A stretch of DNA of 62,588 nucleotides, filler included, from Asterionella formosa (Eukaryota), in assembly GCA_002256025.1 (NCBI GenBank). It is 20 parts of 20 records of this genome, joined end to end, with 100 filler letters (N's around TTAATTAATTAA, not from the genome) between each part and the next. Parts side by side here need not be neighbours in the genome. Positions count along the whole stretch, not along the records: positions 10,968 to 38,846 come from NKIB01001360.1; 19 more parts are not named here. One strand, given 5' to 3'. The notes under the pieces were generated by a model. That model was given only the letters and a program-made list of their open reading frames with translations. It was not told the origin of the DNA and did no database searches. A program made the position numbers and the translations under genes. Position 1 is the stretch's first letter. Every line of letters starts with the position of its first letter. Positions 25,310 to 37,733 of the stretch are shown here, one piece after another.

Positions 25310-25585
25310 CTGTACCTGGTACCTGGTACTTCACGGTCCACAGCTCACCAGTACCTGGTAACCAGGTACCGGTACCGGTAGTTGGCTTCGGAGCAGCATA
25401 CTTACTGGTACCGGAGGTACCTGGTAAGTGTTCCCTGATCCCTGGTACCAGGTACCAAGTACCAAAACCTGATACCGGTACCTGGTAGTCATGATATGAT
25501 CCGCTCATCATCCTCAGTGCATGATACCGGTACCCTGGTACCAGGTAGTTTAGCAACCAGGGAAGGTCCGGTACCGGTACTGTAA
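25310..25585. repeat. Array of TACC[A/T]GGTA / TACCGGTA motifs in divergent promoter
   Basis: Many overlapping copies between the PP2C and GPI8 start codons. Confidence 0.9.
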
Positions 25586-25755
25586 TCGAGAAATTTACAT
25601 TAATAATTTCCTACATGAGTAAAATACGTGTTTTACCGGACCTTCCCAGGTAGTTTGAGACAAAACTTCTACTTCTGTTGTTATCATCAATGTGCATGCC
25701 GGGGACGCAATAAAGAAACAGGACACATAACAGTGTTGGATCCTCGTTGTTGAAA

Positions 25756-25827
25756 ATGAGCCTCCAAAGTTTTGGTAGGATTGTATTGTGTTGTCTCGTA
25801 CTGTCGAGTCGCATTGCTGCTGCTACC

Positions 25828-25873
<46 letters not shown>

Positions 25874-26928
25874 AAAGTCCTTCCAATCATGCAATTATTC
25901 TATCCTCATCGAGATATTGGTTCAACTATCGACATGCCATTAATGCTTTGTCAATCTATCAGCTCATTAAGTCTCAAGGAATCACAGATGACAACATCGT
26001 ATTAATGCTGGCTGATGAATTTCCATCCAATCCTAGGAATCCACTCAAAAATCAAATGTTTGCCGATGGATCAAAGAATGGTCAATCTCTATATAACGAT
26101 TACATTGAAATTGACTATCGAGGTGACGAAGTTACTGTTGAAAACTTGCAAAAGGCCTTGTTAGGAAAGGGCCAAGGCAGAACGTTGCATACAGACCAAG
26201 AATCCAATATTTTGATCTATTGGACTGGTCATGGTGGTGACTTGTTTTTCAAGTTTCAAGATGTGGAGGAGATTACAGCTACTGATCTGAATCGATTATT
26301 TGAAGAGATGCACCGCGCCAACAAGTATAACGAAATACTCTTTGTTGCAGATACATGTCAAGCATTCACGTTGGGTGATGGTATAACTGCACCAAATGTG
26401 TTTATGATTGGATCGTCACTCCGAAATGAAAATTCCTATGCACACCACTCGGACCCAGAGCTTGGATTGAGTGTTATTGAGAGATATACTCACAGGGTAA
26501 TGGAGTGGGTGAAACAAAGGGGGATGGATGGGATGAGCCTTTATGATGGTCTTGTGGGGCACTTGGACTATCGACAACAGGGAGCACATGTAGGATATCG
26601 TGATGGAACTTGTCATCGACGGCTTTCCGAAGTTCCTATGAAAGACTTCTTTTCGAATGCCAGAGCGAAGGAGGCACAACACGTCGTTGTGGCCAAATAT
26701 GCTCCATTAGTAAATGTGAGTACTGGCACTGCCGTTAGTCGACACTCTGTGGCGCCACAGTGGCATTCCCATAACCAGCCAATGAGAACTTATCAGCAAG
26801 TGGATAGAACAACGACTGGTCCTATATTGCATGCCAGTGATCCCATGTTTGTTGCCTTGTTTGCTGGATTTATCGGATTCGTGTTTCTAATGAGCGGCGT
26901 TGCGGGAACGAAACAAAACTATTACTGA
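25756..26928 (+). CDS. GPI8: GPI-anchor transamidase catalytic subunit (C13 peptidase family)
   Basis: Signal peptide; SSRYWFNYRH, IDYRGDEVTVEN, YWTGHGG, KFQDVEEI, DTCQA, ENSYAHH; C-terminal TM helix. Confidence 0.95.
25828..25872 (+). repeat. (ACA)n coding microsatellite (poly-Thr) in GPI8
   Basis: About 15 perfect ACA units after the signal peptide. Confidence 0.95.
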
Positions 26929-26980
26929 AAACAATATTTGTTCTGGTTATATATAACGGCAATATTTGTTTTGTCATTGA

Positions 26981-27307
26981 TTATTCTCCACTTTTCTTCA
27001 TTCCTCCTGGAATGTAATCTCTCCAAGCAAATGGTAGCTTGTGCATGAGTGTAATCTCTCCAGTTCTGCCGCAGGTGACAATGTTTTGCTTCAATTTAAT
27101 ACGCTTCTGAGCAGTTGTTTTCATCCGTTTCTTGGACCGTGTGATTCTATTCTTGGGAACCGCAAACCAAATGGCCTCTTGGAGAGCATCTGAAAGAGTA
27201 AAGGCAGGGAGGGCAGTACTAGCGCCAGCTAGTTGGAGGGAAGGAAATAGGCGCGAGAAAACGATGGATTCAAAGGCAATTTGAATGGAGCGAAGAAAGA
27301 GAGCCAT
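26981..27307 (-). CDS. MRPL32: Organellar (probably mitochondrial) ribosomal protein L32
   Basis: Presequence followed by WFAVPKNRITRSKKRMK...CGRTG...HKL. Confidence 0.85.
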   Translation of the reverse strand: MALFLRSIQIAFESIVFSRLFPSLQLAGASTALPAFTLSDALQEAIWFAVPKNRITRSKKRMKTTAQKRIKLKQNIVTCGRTGEITLMHKLPFAWRDYIPGGMKKSGE

Positions 27308-27499
27308 TGTGATGTTGCTGATGAATGATGAATGTGCACGTGAGATTGTTTTGGATGAGGATGGGCACAAATAAAGAAGGGAGATGGATTGAGCAAAGTG
27401 ATAGTTGGGGTTGTCTAAATTTATGTTCATTCATTTCCTTGGATTGTTTATCACAGCACACAGCATGACGAGAGCTGCTTGGACGTTTCCCACACCGGT

Positions 27500-27725
27500 G
27501 GGTACCTGGTATCGGGTATCAGGTACTTGGTATGAACTGTAGCACCAGGTACCTGGTACCAGGTACTAGGTTACCATGTAGACTACATGGTACTCAGTAC
27601 GAGGTAGTCGAGTACTCGTACCTGGTACTACGTACTGCTTCTCGTACCAGGAACAGGTACGTAGAAAGGAGTCTACCTGTGCCGGTCCGTGTTCCGGTAT
27701 GATTACTTTTTACCGTACCGGTAGA
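27500..27725. repeat. GGTACC/CCWGG motif array in divergent promoter
   Basis: e.g. CACCAGGTACCTGGTACCAGGTACTAGG at 27543-27570. Confidence 0.85.
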
Positions 27726-27850
27726 CCTTTTACAGATCCGCTGGAATGATGATTATTTTCTTTTTCATTGTTGTTCCTTCGTCACTCCGAGAAGTCGAAT
27801 TGACTTGTACCCAAATGATCATCCATTGCTAATACCGGTATGTAATTACC

Positions 27851-29530
27851 ATGACCACAAGAAAGAACCACAATCAACGCCGGTCAAGTCGTTCTCGTTT
27901 GAAAACGTCAGGTCGACGCAACAAATCATCTCCAAATGACAGTCACATGCAAGCACCACCACCATCATCCGTGGCGGCACTCATGAGTGATATTGAACTT
28001 GAGTTGCAACAACAGCGAGCACGAAAAAAGGCGCTGTCCGAAAACAAAGTGCAAGCATTGCCAGTAGCGCCAGAAGTACAACTGGGTATCTATCGATATG
28101 ACCCAGAGCGAAAAGCGCATTTCCCGCAACAAACTTTTCCTGAACCAGGGAATCATCAGACGAACATGATACAGACTTACTTTGACAAGAGACCACAGCA
28201 GCATCTGGTGATGCATAAGATAAAGTCAGTTACCGGGATTTCCATTCCATTGATTGGACCGGGACTGGAACTGTGTACGAAAAGTCACCAACGACGAAAC
28301 TTGTCGTTGTTTTGGTATGGACGCTTGTTGGCACATTCTGGATGTATCGTGCCCTCCATGATGCAAGAATATTCTGGTCGTTGGGTGAGCATGCTACCCC
28401 CATTGAATGAATTCAAGAATGGCTCTACAATTATGCCACACGACTTGGTGATCAAGTCGAATTTACCACCGTCCACAAGGACATTTGATGTATTAAACGA
28501 TGGAACGATGGTGACGTTGGTCCAAGGTGGATTCTTTATCCGACAAGGACAACAACCCCGGACTTGGACAGAAAGGGATTACGAAACGCTTTCCTGGAAG
28601 AATACTACTACTACTATCCACTCACAGCAACAAGTAGGACATGCTATACGTTTTGTGTCTCCTCAATTAATCGTGGCTAGGAATGCCAAGGAAGACCGAC
28701 AACTGGATTTTTATCGCCACGTGGGCGACAACAGCAATACTAGCGACGATTGGAGAAAATGTTGGACCGTGGAATCCAAATGTTCTGGTGTTCACGATTT
28801 TGTGCTTTGGAATGATGCCATTGTAGCTTTTGCGCCACGTGTGGACAGACATACGACGTACGTTACCTTGTTTCATGACATTTATAAAGAAACATCCACA
28901 CACATGGAACGTGAGTGCTTTGGTTCCTCGGATTCACTATGTGTCGAATCCGTGGGACAGACTATAGTCCATGGACACAGAAACGGAGGTTTGACTCTCA
29001 TTGACCAAAAATGTCCGACACCAATCGCTAAGACGGATGGAGACTCAAAAGGGTCCATCACTGGGCTACTAACTCTCGATCATCGAATATTGGCCAAGCG
29101 GTCATTTGGGACTGTATCGCTCTATGATATGCGCATGCTCACGAGATGCCAGGAACTAGTCATACCATCGGATATGGTGCATCCTACCATGTCGAGTTGT
29201 TGTGTGGGTATGGCATTGGATCCCACGAAGCAATTGGTCATTGCACCATATAGTGACGCACAGCAACAAGTTCATCTTGCAATGTGGTCTCTTCAGAATG
29301 GAACTATGGTTGGTACGAAACAGATTAGTCTTCACAAAGCTGACGGCCTCCCTCACCTTGAGCTACGAAATACTATCACTCCTGCCTGTGATTGGACGAA
29401 TGGGCCGAATGGCAAAATTGTAGTGACGCAACCTAAAGGACGGTGGGGATTATGGTACAAGTCTGGCATGATTGAACCTTTGGCACCGAATTATATGGGT
29501 TCAATTCATCACATGCATTTCACTGGATAG
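27851..29530 (+). CDS. WD40-type protein, DCAF4-like
   Basis: 559-aa ORF; GIYRYDPERKAHF resembles the DCAF4 N-terminal PGFYFDPEKKRYF; HGHRNG..LID; LYDMR WDxR-like motif. Confidence 0.6.
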   Translation: MTTRKNHNQRRSSRSRLKTSGRRNKSSPNDSHMQAPPPSSVAALMSDIELELQQQRARKKALSENKVQALPVAPEVQLGIYRYDPERKAHFPQQTFPEPGNHQTNMIQTYFDKRPQQHLVMHKIKSVTGISIPLIGPGLELCTKSHQRRNLSLFWYGRLLAHSGCIVPSMMQEYSGRWVSMLPPLNEFKNGSTIMPHDLVIKSNLPPSTRTFDVLNDGTMVTLVQGGFFIRQGQQPRTWTERDYETLSWKNTTTTIHSQQQVGHAIRFVSPQLIVARNAKEDRQLDFYRHVGDNSNTSDDWRKCWTVESKCSGVHDFVLWNDAIVAFAPRVDRHTTYVTLFHDIYKETSTHMERECFGSSDSLCVESVGQTIVHGHRNGGLTLIDQKCPTPIAKTDGDSKGSITGLLTLDHRILAKRSFGTVSLYDMRMLTRCQELVIPSDMVHPTMSSCCVGMALDPTKQLVIAPYSDAQQQVHLAMWSLQNGTMVGTKQISLHKADGLPHLELRNTITPACDWTNGPNGKIVVTQPKGRWGLWYKSGMIEPLAPNYMGSIHHMHFTG

Positions 29531-29810
29531 CTGCATCAGAAGGCACAATTTTTCGAATTGAAAGGCTTGGGAATTGATGTTTGGTGACGAAACTTTTGTA
29601 TCCACATGTTTCTACCATCAATGTCTATTTTTTCAGCAGCACATGTATGAATATTTTATACAGCATATCTGATTTCGCCGAACAGTAATTGAAGCCACAT
29701 AGCGAGACTAACAACTACAAGCGAGTAGGGGTCAAACAAATAGAACAGGAATTCACTTTATAACTACCGGTATATTACGATACAATGTAACCCTAAATAA
29801 AAACTGTAAA

Positions 29811-31849
29811 TCAACCCAAAAAATTCACTGTTCGCTCGTCATCGTCGGCTGGCATCACTCGCACATCTTCTCGGTCCACTTGCTCTGCCGCGCCCGGCAA
29901 TATACCCTTTTCGAAGTAATAATCGACTAATTGGTCTGGTATCTCATCGAGAACTGCTTCCGTCAAAAGATTATATGAGCGATAGTCATTGAACTTCACG
30001 AACTTGGTAATGTCACGTCCTCTGTCATACTGCGGATCATGATCATCGAGAAACTCCATCGCGTCGAAATTCTTGTCACCAATACCAACAATTACGACAG
30101 AGAGTGGGACCGAACTAGCCTTGATCAGCTCCTGTTTGGTTGCTTTAGCATCTTCTACGTCTCCCGCTGTAAGAATCAACAAAATAGTGTATGAAAGTTT
30201 TCCTGTTTCTTCTGCTAACTCCTAAAAGGTATCAATGAAGAAAACGAGTTAGAAAACTCTTCTCTAAACACCGGAATCGTCCGTGGTATCGTCAACTTAC
30301 TTGTTGATCACGGGCGTATTGGGTAGCCCTTCGAATTACCTCCGTAAAGACAGTAGGATAACTCATGGTGATTGTGGTATTAAATACTCCTCGATATGCC
30401 TCCATTATTCCTTCCACGCCATGAACATTCGTTTCCCTCCCACATTGGAAACAATGACGAACTACATCAGCGTACTTGGCCCCGAAGCCCCAAACGGGAA
30501 ACATCTGATCGCTGTCGTACTTCGCAAGAATCGATCCAACAGCAAACATAGCTTTCTGATAATCATTCCATTCATTCGACGCTGGTGGATAGAAATAATG
30601 AGGAGTTCCCTCCTGACGAGGGTCACCTGTTTCCGCCATGCATATGTTAGACGTGGACGCTTGGCGCGTATTGTGTGATCATTACTTTCAACTTACCATT
30701 TGATGCAGTAAAGTCAATAGCCACTGCAAGTGAAATTTGACAGCCTCCGGAAAGGTAGTCCACGAACTCCGGACGTCGCGGGACCATCACTTCCCTGGTA
30801 GGAGCTTGCGGGGATCGGGATTGTGTTTGAGCCACGGAGTCCTCAATTTTAGCTTTCAACACAAGAATATTGCCCACCTTCGAGCCTCCGTTTTTCCGAA
30901 GCGTAAAGGCGGCTTCTTCGTCCACATCCCCTCCATTCTGTTTGGCTTGCACAAAAAGATTGATGGTACTTTCGAATTCACCGATAACCTTGTGTTTTCC
31001 ATTTCTGCGTTGGTCATACACAATGACTTTCATGGCTCGCTCTCGGTCTCCATTGCAAACGGTTTCTAAATTCAGGTCTGCTTCGCCCCATTTTGGGTTC
31101 AAATCTCCTCGAAGTACATTGGACCGGTAGACAGGGCTCCAAATCGCCCCAGTCGGCCGCTCCACCTTTCGATAAAGTTCAAAAAAGGGCGAAGCCTTCC
31201 GCCCGAGTGTTTGAGTATTTGCAATATTGAGGCCTCGAAGTTGAAATTTGATAACTCCGTGCTCTCCGTCGTCGCGCGATCTTTCAATGTGCACATACAC
31301 GGCACCTCCAGTTTGCAAACTCTTGGACGCGACGTTTCCGCGTTGGCCAAGAACATCTCCGACTTCAAACAAGGCGGTCCCCATGACTTTATGTGGAGGT
31401 TTACCGGCTTTGAACAAGTTGCGAGTGCTTTCAGTGGATGTTATGAGTCTGCTTTCCACACTACTCTGAGCAGACAACTGTCTCTCGTTTTTCCCAACAA
31501 CTTTTGCCTGAAAATCAAAGACTCCAACTTCAATATAAAAAGGAACCCCGAACTTGTACCCTTCCAGAAAGACCACTGTGGACCAATGTGGACTCAGGTT
31601 GTTATATACACTGAGAAGACGGACATGTGTGTGTGTCAAATGAGCAACAGGACTGGCAATTATTTTCTAGGTTGACTTGAATCGGCGCTATACTGGAACT
31701 TACACTTCAGTCTCACCAACAATCATGGGACTATTATTGTCCTGGCTGTCGCCTCGAATTGTCACGACAGCAAATGGATCTGACTTGTTAAGGATACCGG
31801 CAAGATTATGCAAGCCCTTAGCGCTCAGAGACAGCTGCAGACGGGACAT
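29811..31849 (-). CDS. Copine (C2-C2-vWA), 4 exons: 31849-31704, 31610-30697, 30626-30301, 30221-29811
   Basis: KSDPFAVV, VAIDFTASNGDP, FPVWGFGA, LSVVIVGIG, LDEIPDQL; three GTAAGT...YAG introns restore the frame. Confidence 0.93.
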
Positions 31850-33050
31850 GGTGGGAATAAGTGGAAAGCAATGAGGCCCACAAGGTTTCACCTTGTCGTT
31901 TGTCGTTCGGCGATATGCGTTGTGTTGTTACTTAATTTTAATCTCAGTATAAAACCCGTAGAACTTCGTGAAGGGTTCAAATGCACAGCAAAGAACCAAA
32001 TAAAAGAGACTTTTTTCGAAAGTAACTTCTTGTTTGATTATTGACTTGACTTGACTTCGCTTCGATTGCCTCTTTCGCAGCACCCAGAGTGGGTGGATGG
32101 AGTTCGTAAAGTGTATGTATTCCTGTTTAATTAAGATAGTTATATAGCAGGCAGAGGACCAGGTTGTATTGGGAGCAATATACCGGTAAATCCATGGATA
32201 TCTATATAGTAGACTACCGGTACTGCTTGCTATTATTCCAGGATAACAATACTGTAAGCAAAAGCAGATGAACAGGCTTTTTTTTTCAGCTTGCTTTCTG
32301 ATTGCTCTTCTTGACAACAACAGAATTCTCATTTGTGCGTTCTTTGTTCATGGTATATGGACTATGTCCTGCTAACTGTACGTATATTTTGTGCGTTCTT
32401 TGTTCATAGTATATGGACTCATGTCCTGGTAACGTTACGTATATACCGGTATGTATCTGGTAGCGGCAAGTTGCAGTATGTGAGAAATTTACCTACGTTT
32501 CCCTTATAGTAAAAACCGTCTTTTACCACAACTCCCCCTGGTTCTGTCACTTTGTACCTGCCTAAAATACTGGTATGTATTTTATAGTGTTCTGACATTA
32601 GGACTGGTGGACTACTGTATTCAATAAGAAAATGCTGGTGAAAAGTTGAATGGCTGGTGAGTGGACAAGATCATTGTTTCACGACTACAACAAAGGTAGT
32701 GGAGAATTGACATTGAATCCTTGCTTTATACAAGACCTAACAGATCCTCAGATGTCTGTCAAACAGTCTAATGGCATGGTGTATTAACTATATTGAGCTG
32801 GTTGGCTAGCTAGGTCAAGAAGTTCCATAGGGTAAATAAAAGAGCTGACAATGCGACTGACCTATACCATTAATATATTTTGGCTTCTTTGCTCTTCTAG
32901 TCTTGAAAGATTTGCAAGAGCCTTTTTGACATTGGGCCCAGCCATAATTGTGAATGTTTAAGCATGCATGTTGTATCCTTAGTACTAGCTAGTGTAAGCA
33001 ACGTCTGTAAATAAAAAATCCGTTCGGCCTAACAGTTTTGCTGTAAGACC

Positions 33051-33160
33051 CACTGCCCCAAAAATTCTTAGTATGACTTATTTTTTGATTGATCATACAA
33101 AAAACCTGATTGATCGTACAGAATTGTTGATTGATTATACAAAAAAACTGATTGATATCA
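33051..33160 (+). repeat. CACTG-starting segment followed by 21-bp tandem repeats (possible transposon end)
   Basis: CACTGCCCC at 33051; TGATTGAT[C/T][A/G]TACA units from 33086 with 21-bp period. Confidence 0.45.
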
Positions 33161-34584
33161 ACTAACGTTTTGGTGCTTGATCTAAAGATAGTAATCATGA
33201 GATCAAATCAGTTATTCATTCGGTCTAACCTTTGGAATGCTAATATCAAATAGAATTTTTAGCTTTCGATCTAACGTTCATTACTACTGATCTAACTTAT
33301 TTCTCACATTGATCAAACCTATTATCACGTTCGATCAATGATGAACACAAATCGAATTAAATGGATTGCTATTTAATACTCAAATATTCTACTTCTGGTC
33401 ACCCATACTTTCCACTGGGCATCCTCTATCAGAATGAGCACACAATGGTCTTCAATACCTTAATTTTCACTTCCGGTAGCTATGTTTAGATCATTGCGTC
33501 TTCAAAATGAAGTGAGAGAGTAAACGAAATTAATGATGCTTTATTCGAACCTCTACCATTGCAAATGGCAGCAAGAAGTCACATTCTCCAATGTTCCTGT
33601 ATGACTTTCCTGTAAGAGATTATAACAACAATGTTAGCAAAACTGTTGCATCAAGTAAACAAGGCATCTGAACAAAGATATGTGCAACGAAACGATCACA
33701 TGAACAATCCATCACTCCAATTTCCGTATGAGCAGGCAATGTGCATATAACTTACCTGTGCTCTCATGGTTGATTGTTGCTTCCATTAAGAATGGTAGCA
33801 AACCACATTCTCCAAGGTTCCTGTAGGATTTTGAGGAGATAATATCAATGTTAGCGAAAGTGTTGCAACGATTAAAGCATCTCCAGCCACACATGTGCTG
33901 CCACTAACTGATGACATAAACAACCCTAACAGTAACTTCACGTCGTTCTAATCGACATAACGAGCATCAAATGAGAGTATAGTAACTTACCTATGCTCTC
34001 ACTGTTGATTGATGGCGAGTGACAGGTTGCATTGTTAACCCTCACATCTGCATATGTGGAAGGGAAAGATGTTTTTAATGTCGAAATCCAAATTATTGGA
34101 CACAGATACTACAAACCCTCTGCAGCATTGTGCACAAACATATTAAGTGCGGTTTCTTACCTCGTGATTAGGTTGATTTTTATTGTTGGTCCTGAGGAAG
34201 TGTAGAAACTTTGAGTGGTAGCAGCGCACATGAACAGCGATACAATTTTATATTTTGTTTCCGGTCTCACACAGTACCGATCATAAGCCCCTTGGGAGCC
34301 ACAGTTGAGAAGCAAAACAATCATATAACTTACCTCTTCTCACCGGTTGGTTTGATACCGGTAGAAGGCTCTCTATCACCATTCTCTCATCAGTTTGTTA
34401 TGTGGAATAGAATGCATTACCGGCATGAATTTTTTAACAATATCTCAAAATTTCCTCTTCTTCAAAAAGTGTGTATAACATACATCTCTGTATGTCTAGT
34501 AACTTTTTCGAAGGAACATTTAATACCCTAGCAGTATGTATGATTAGATAAAATATACAAGACTTAACAGGAATTCGAATACCC

Positions 34585-34860
34585 GGTACTGTGAAACTGT
34601 ACCTATTACTATTTTGCTGGTACTGTGAAACTGTAGGTTTGCCCTAACAGCATTCCCTTCTTCCCCTTGTCTCAATACCCGGTTGGAACATGATGTGGCT
34701 ACTGTGAAACGGTACCAATTACTACGCTGGTACTGTGAAACTGTAGGTTTGCCCTAACAGCATTCCCTTCTTCCCCTTGTCTCAATACCCGGTCGGAACA
34801 TGACATGGCTACAGTGAAACTGTACCTATCAATAAGCTGGTACTATGAAACTGTAGCTTC
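34585..34860. repeat. ~110-bp tandem repeat with TACTGTGAAACTGTA subrepeats
   Basis: GGTTTGCCCTAACAGCATTCCCTTCTTCCCCTTGTCTCAATACCCGG occurs twice; about six subrepeats. Confidence 0.85.
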
Positions 34861-37733
34861 GCGCTACCAGTCTAATGTCTATTACTGAGTATGTCGGTGC
34901 TGCATCATTGCTTCTGATCCAGCACTTGCCCACTGTCTAATCCTATAGTTCACAGACCATTATCCCTTTCTCCTTCCTTGTTCCATTACAGTCACATTTT
35001 TCTTGACAACTTGACATTTGCACGCTATCGATAGTGCCATATATCACTTGTTATCTGGAATGGCAAATGTTCCGAGTGCTACTACAAGGAATGGAACGAT
35101 CTCGGTTGTGAAGGAGATACCGATCGCAGATTTTTCAATCAGGAAAAACGTGTTTCTATGGTGTATTTCATGTCTGTTCAAGAGACAACGGAAGAGTAAA
35201 GAACGACTCTTACTGGTTAGATACTTTGATCATTATGACAAAGGCAAGGAGAAGAGGCTAGATGACAGTGTCCTGCATTTTGTCTCAACAAATTCTATGT
35301 GGTCCTAGAGTCTGGCTTGTTTAACAAAACATCATTTGAAACTTCAAGGAAATTTCGGAATCATATAGGACCAGCGATGATTTTTATGGAAAACTCACTT
35401 TCCTCGAGATTATAGACTACATCAGAAAGACAAAAATATGCCACCAAATGCACCCATGAACTACATCCAAACTGGCAACCATGCCCTGTTTCAATATTTC
35501 CAACTCCTTACTAGATAAATGGGACAAATCACTTTCCTCCTCGACCTGTTTTTAAAAATTTACTTTTCCAATCACTCCTACAATTTCGTAACTCTTTGGT
35601 GACAATTTATGGACTGCTTCTTCCGGATTGGCAACCATGTCTGGAGTTGCCTTTAATTTTGCATTTTGCTTTTGCTTTGGAAGAGGGAGATTTTATATCA
35701 AGTCTATCAGATTCAATAGACTCAATCAGACGCTTCGAGGAAGTATAAACAAGATCTACCATGGGCATACAAGCAACACAATCTTTACTTCTTGGAATGG
35801 TATTAGGAAAAGATGAACTGGCATCAACTATTTCGTTTTCACTCGCCTGTGTCAATGCATAAACGGAGAATACATGACGTTGGTGATCTTTATTTGGAAT
35901 GACAGGTATGACGAATTCCATTGGCTTGTCAGGAAAAAAAGTTTCCCAATTTTGGCGATGCTTCTCAAATGTGGCTGTAATGGTGCACAGAAGCTTGTTC
36001 CTCTTTCGACAACCATTGTTGCTGTACGACATTGGAATCAGCTATTGATTGAATAATGGTTCTGGTACCCTCATAAATATTTTACACTTCTTCGGAGTGG
36101 CGAGAACATATGTGAGGGACAAGCTACACTACGTATATATAAGCTATATATATAAAGCGGTCACTTTGTGGAAAGTATATGTGTGGCAATGGGGTTAGGC
36201 TGTCCTATATAGTGCCTCTGATGTTGCCAATAAAGAGATTTCTTAAAACAATGGGATAGTACAATGTTATTAAGCAAAGTTACAATTGTTATTTCGAATC
36301 CCCTGCTATTCAAGGTTCATGTGATGCTACTATTTCCTGAATGAAATGAAGCTATTTGCTGATTAGTGATGTTGCGGCTCTAATTCTGCAGCATACAAAC
36401 GTGCTCGCCAATAGCTAGTCAATGAGAATGGAAGACCCATGATTAAGGCCATGAGCAACAAACTGCGCCGCCATCTGGTCCATCTTCACTTTGATCCACA
36501 TCTCATCTTGAAGAACAGATTCGAAATACGGATCGATGTTCGCAATGGGCGAATTATGATCGAAAGGTACTATCTTCTTGATTTCAGTTGGAATTGGAAT
36601 TGGGTATGGCCTTCAATGCATCGTTCTCCAATTCTGTCGTATAAATTGACCAAAGCTTTTGATTTCGAGTAACAAACAAACAATCAGACTTCGCCAGCAT
36701 AATTACCCATCAATATCGAGACCATATCATTCTTTATAAGACTGAGATCATCGTCGTCCCCGCAAGAAGGTAGCTCGTAAGGGATTGTTCAACAAACGCA
36801 CATGGCTTGTAAGAAATTCAATTACTGATATGCGAATGGAGAGATAATGACGAATCCTGCTGGTACAAGAATTGGATCAAAGTATGTACCGGTAGAGCAT
36901 TCAAATCGGAATGGCAACAAGGAACGCACCCTTGTTGCTCAGAATTCATTCTGATAGCATCGATGAGTACAAGGTTTACATACAAATAAGGTGATCTGTG
37001 TAAAGTCATAACCTTTGCTAAAACAATAATTGATCAAAGAACAACAGCTATTGATAAATCAAGCAACATATCAATATATCAAAGCATTTGGTTAGGATAT
37101 TAAATTTGATAACTAATATATATATGACTTCTTTCTACGACTGCAAATAAAAAGTATCATGCATATAGGATCAAGGGTACTATCATACCCTAAGTGGCAC
37201 AGGATTTTCGTATTTATGATAATTTTTGGATCAAAATTATGATCAAGGTATCCTATAACTATGATGATTTATTAATATTTTACCGACCTTGAACTATAAT
37301 GTTAATAAGAACATTATCATCACACAATGTATATCAACTGAGCAGCAACATTACTCCTAAACATCATAAACCTTCTCATATTATTATCAATTCTTGTGAT
37401 TGCCTGATGTAAATTATTACTACAACGCATCCTAAAATCAGCTCAACTCTATGCTATCATTTAAATTGTTTCATCGTAAATCTATCGTAAACATCATCAT
37501 AATTCTAAGCACAAGCATTGTTCAAAATAGATTGAAAAGGATCATAATTTAACTATCAAATTTAGCAATGCTATCTATTATTCTACATGCCAGCAACCCA
37601 ACGTTTCCCTCTCTACTTGGCTCAATGTATATTGTTCCTGTCTCACCCTTTTCTTCCTCTTTTCTGAATCTTGTGCCAAGCAATGCCTTACTAATGTTGC
37701 GTCTCTCTCCCTACTGTTAGTGTCATTCTGAAC

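Noticed and set aside
25201..25556. ORFs rich in VPGT/RYQV/TWY (also 61180-61515 and 44017-44283)
   Set aside because: Translations of the palindromic motif arrays, not proteins
25611..26005. Poly-V, poly-C and poly-Q ORFs
   Set aside because: Alternative frames of the (ACA)n tract in GPI8
27500..27725. Motifs as prokaryotic restriction-modification (KpnI/AgeI/Dcm) site clusters or cloning linkers
   Set aside because: Eukaryotic context, irregular degenerate units and TA-duplicating gains inside native repeats argue against vector origin; a library artefact cannot be fully excluded without reads
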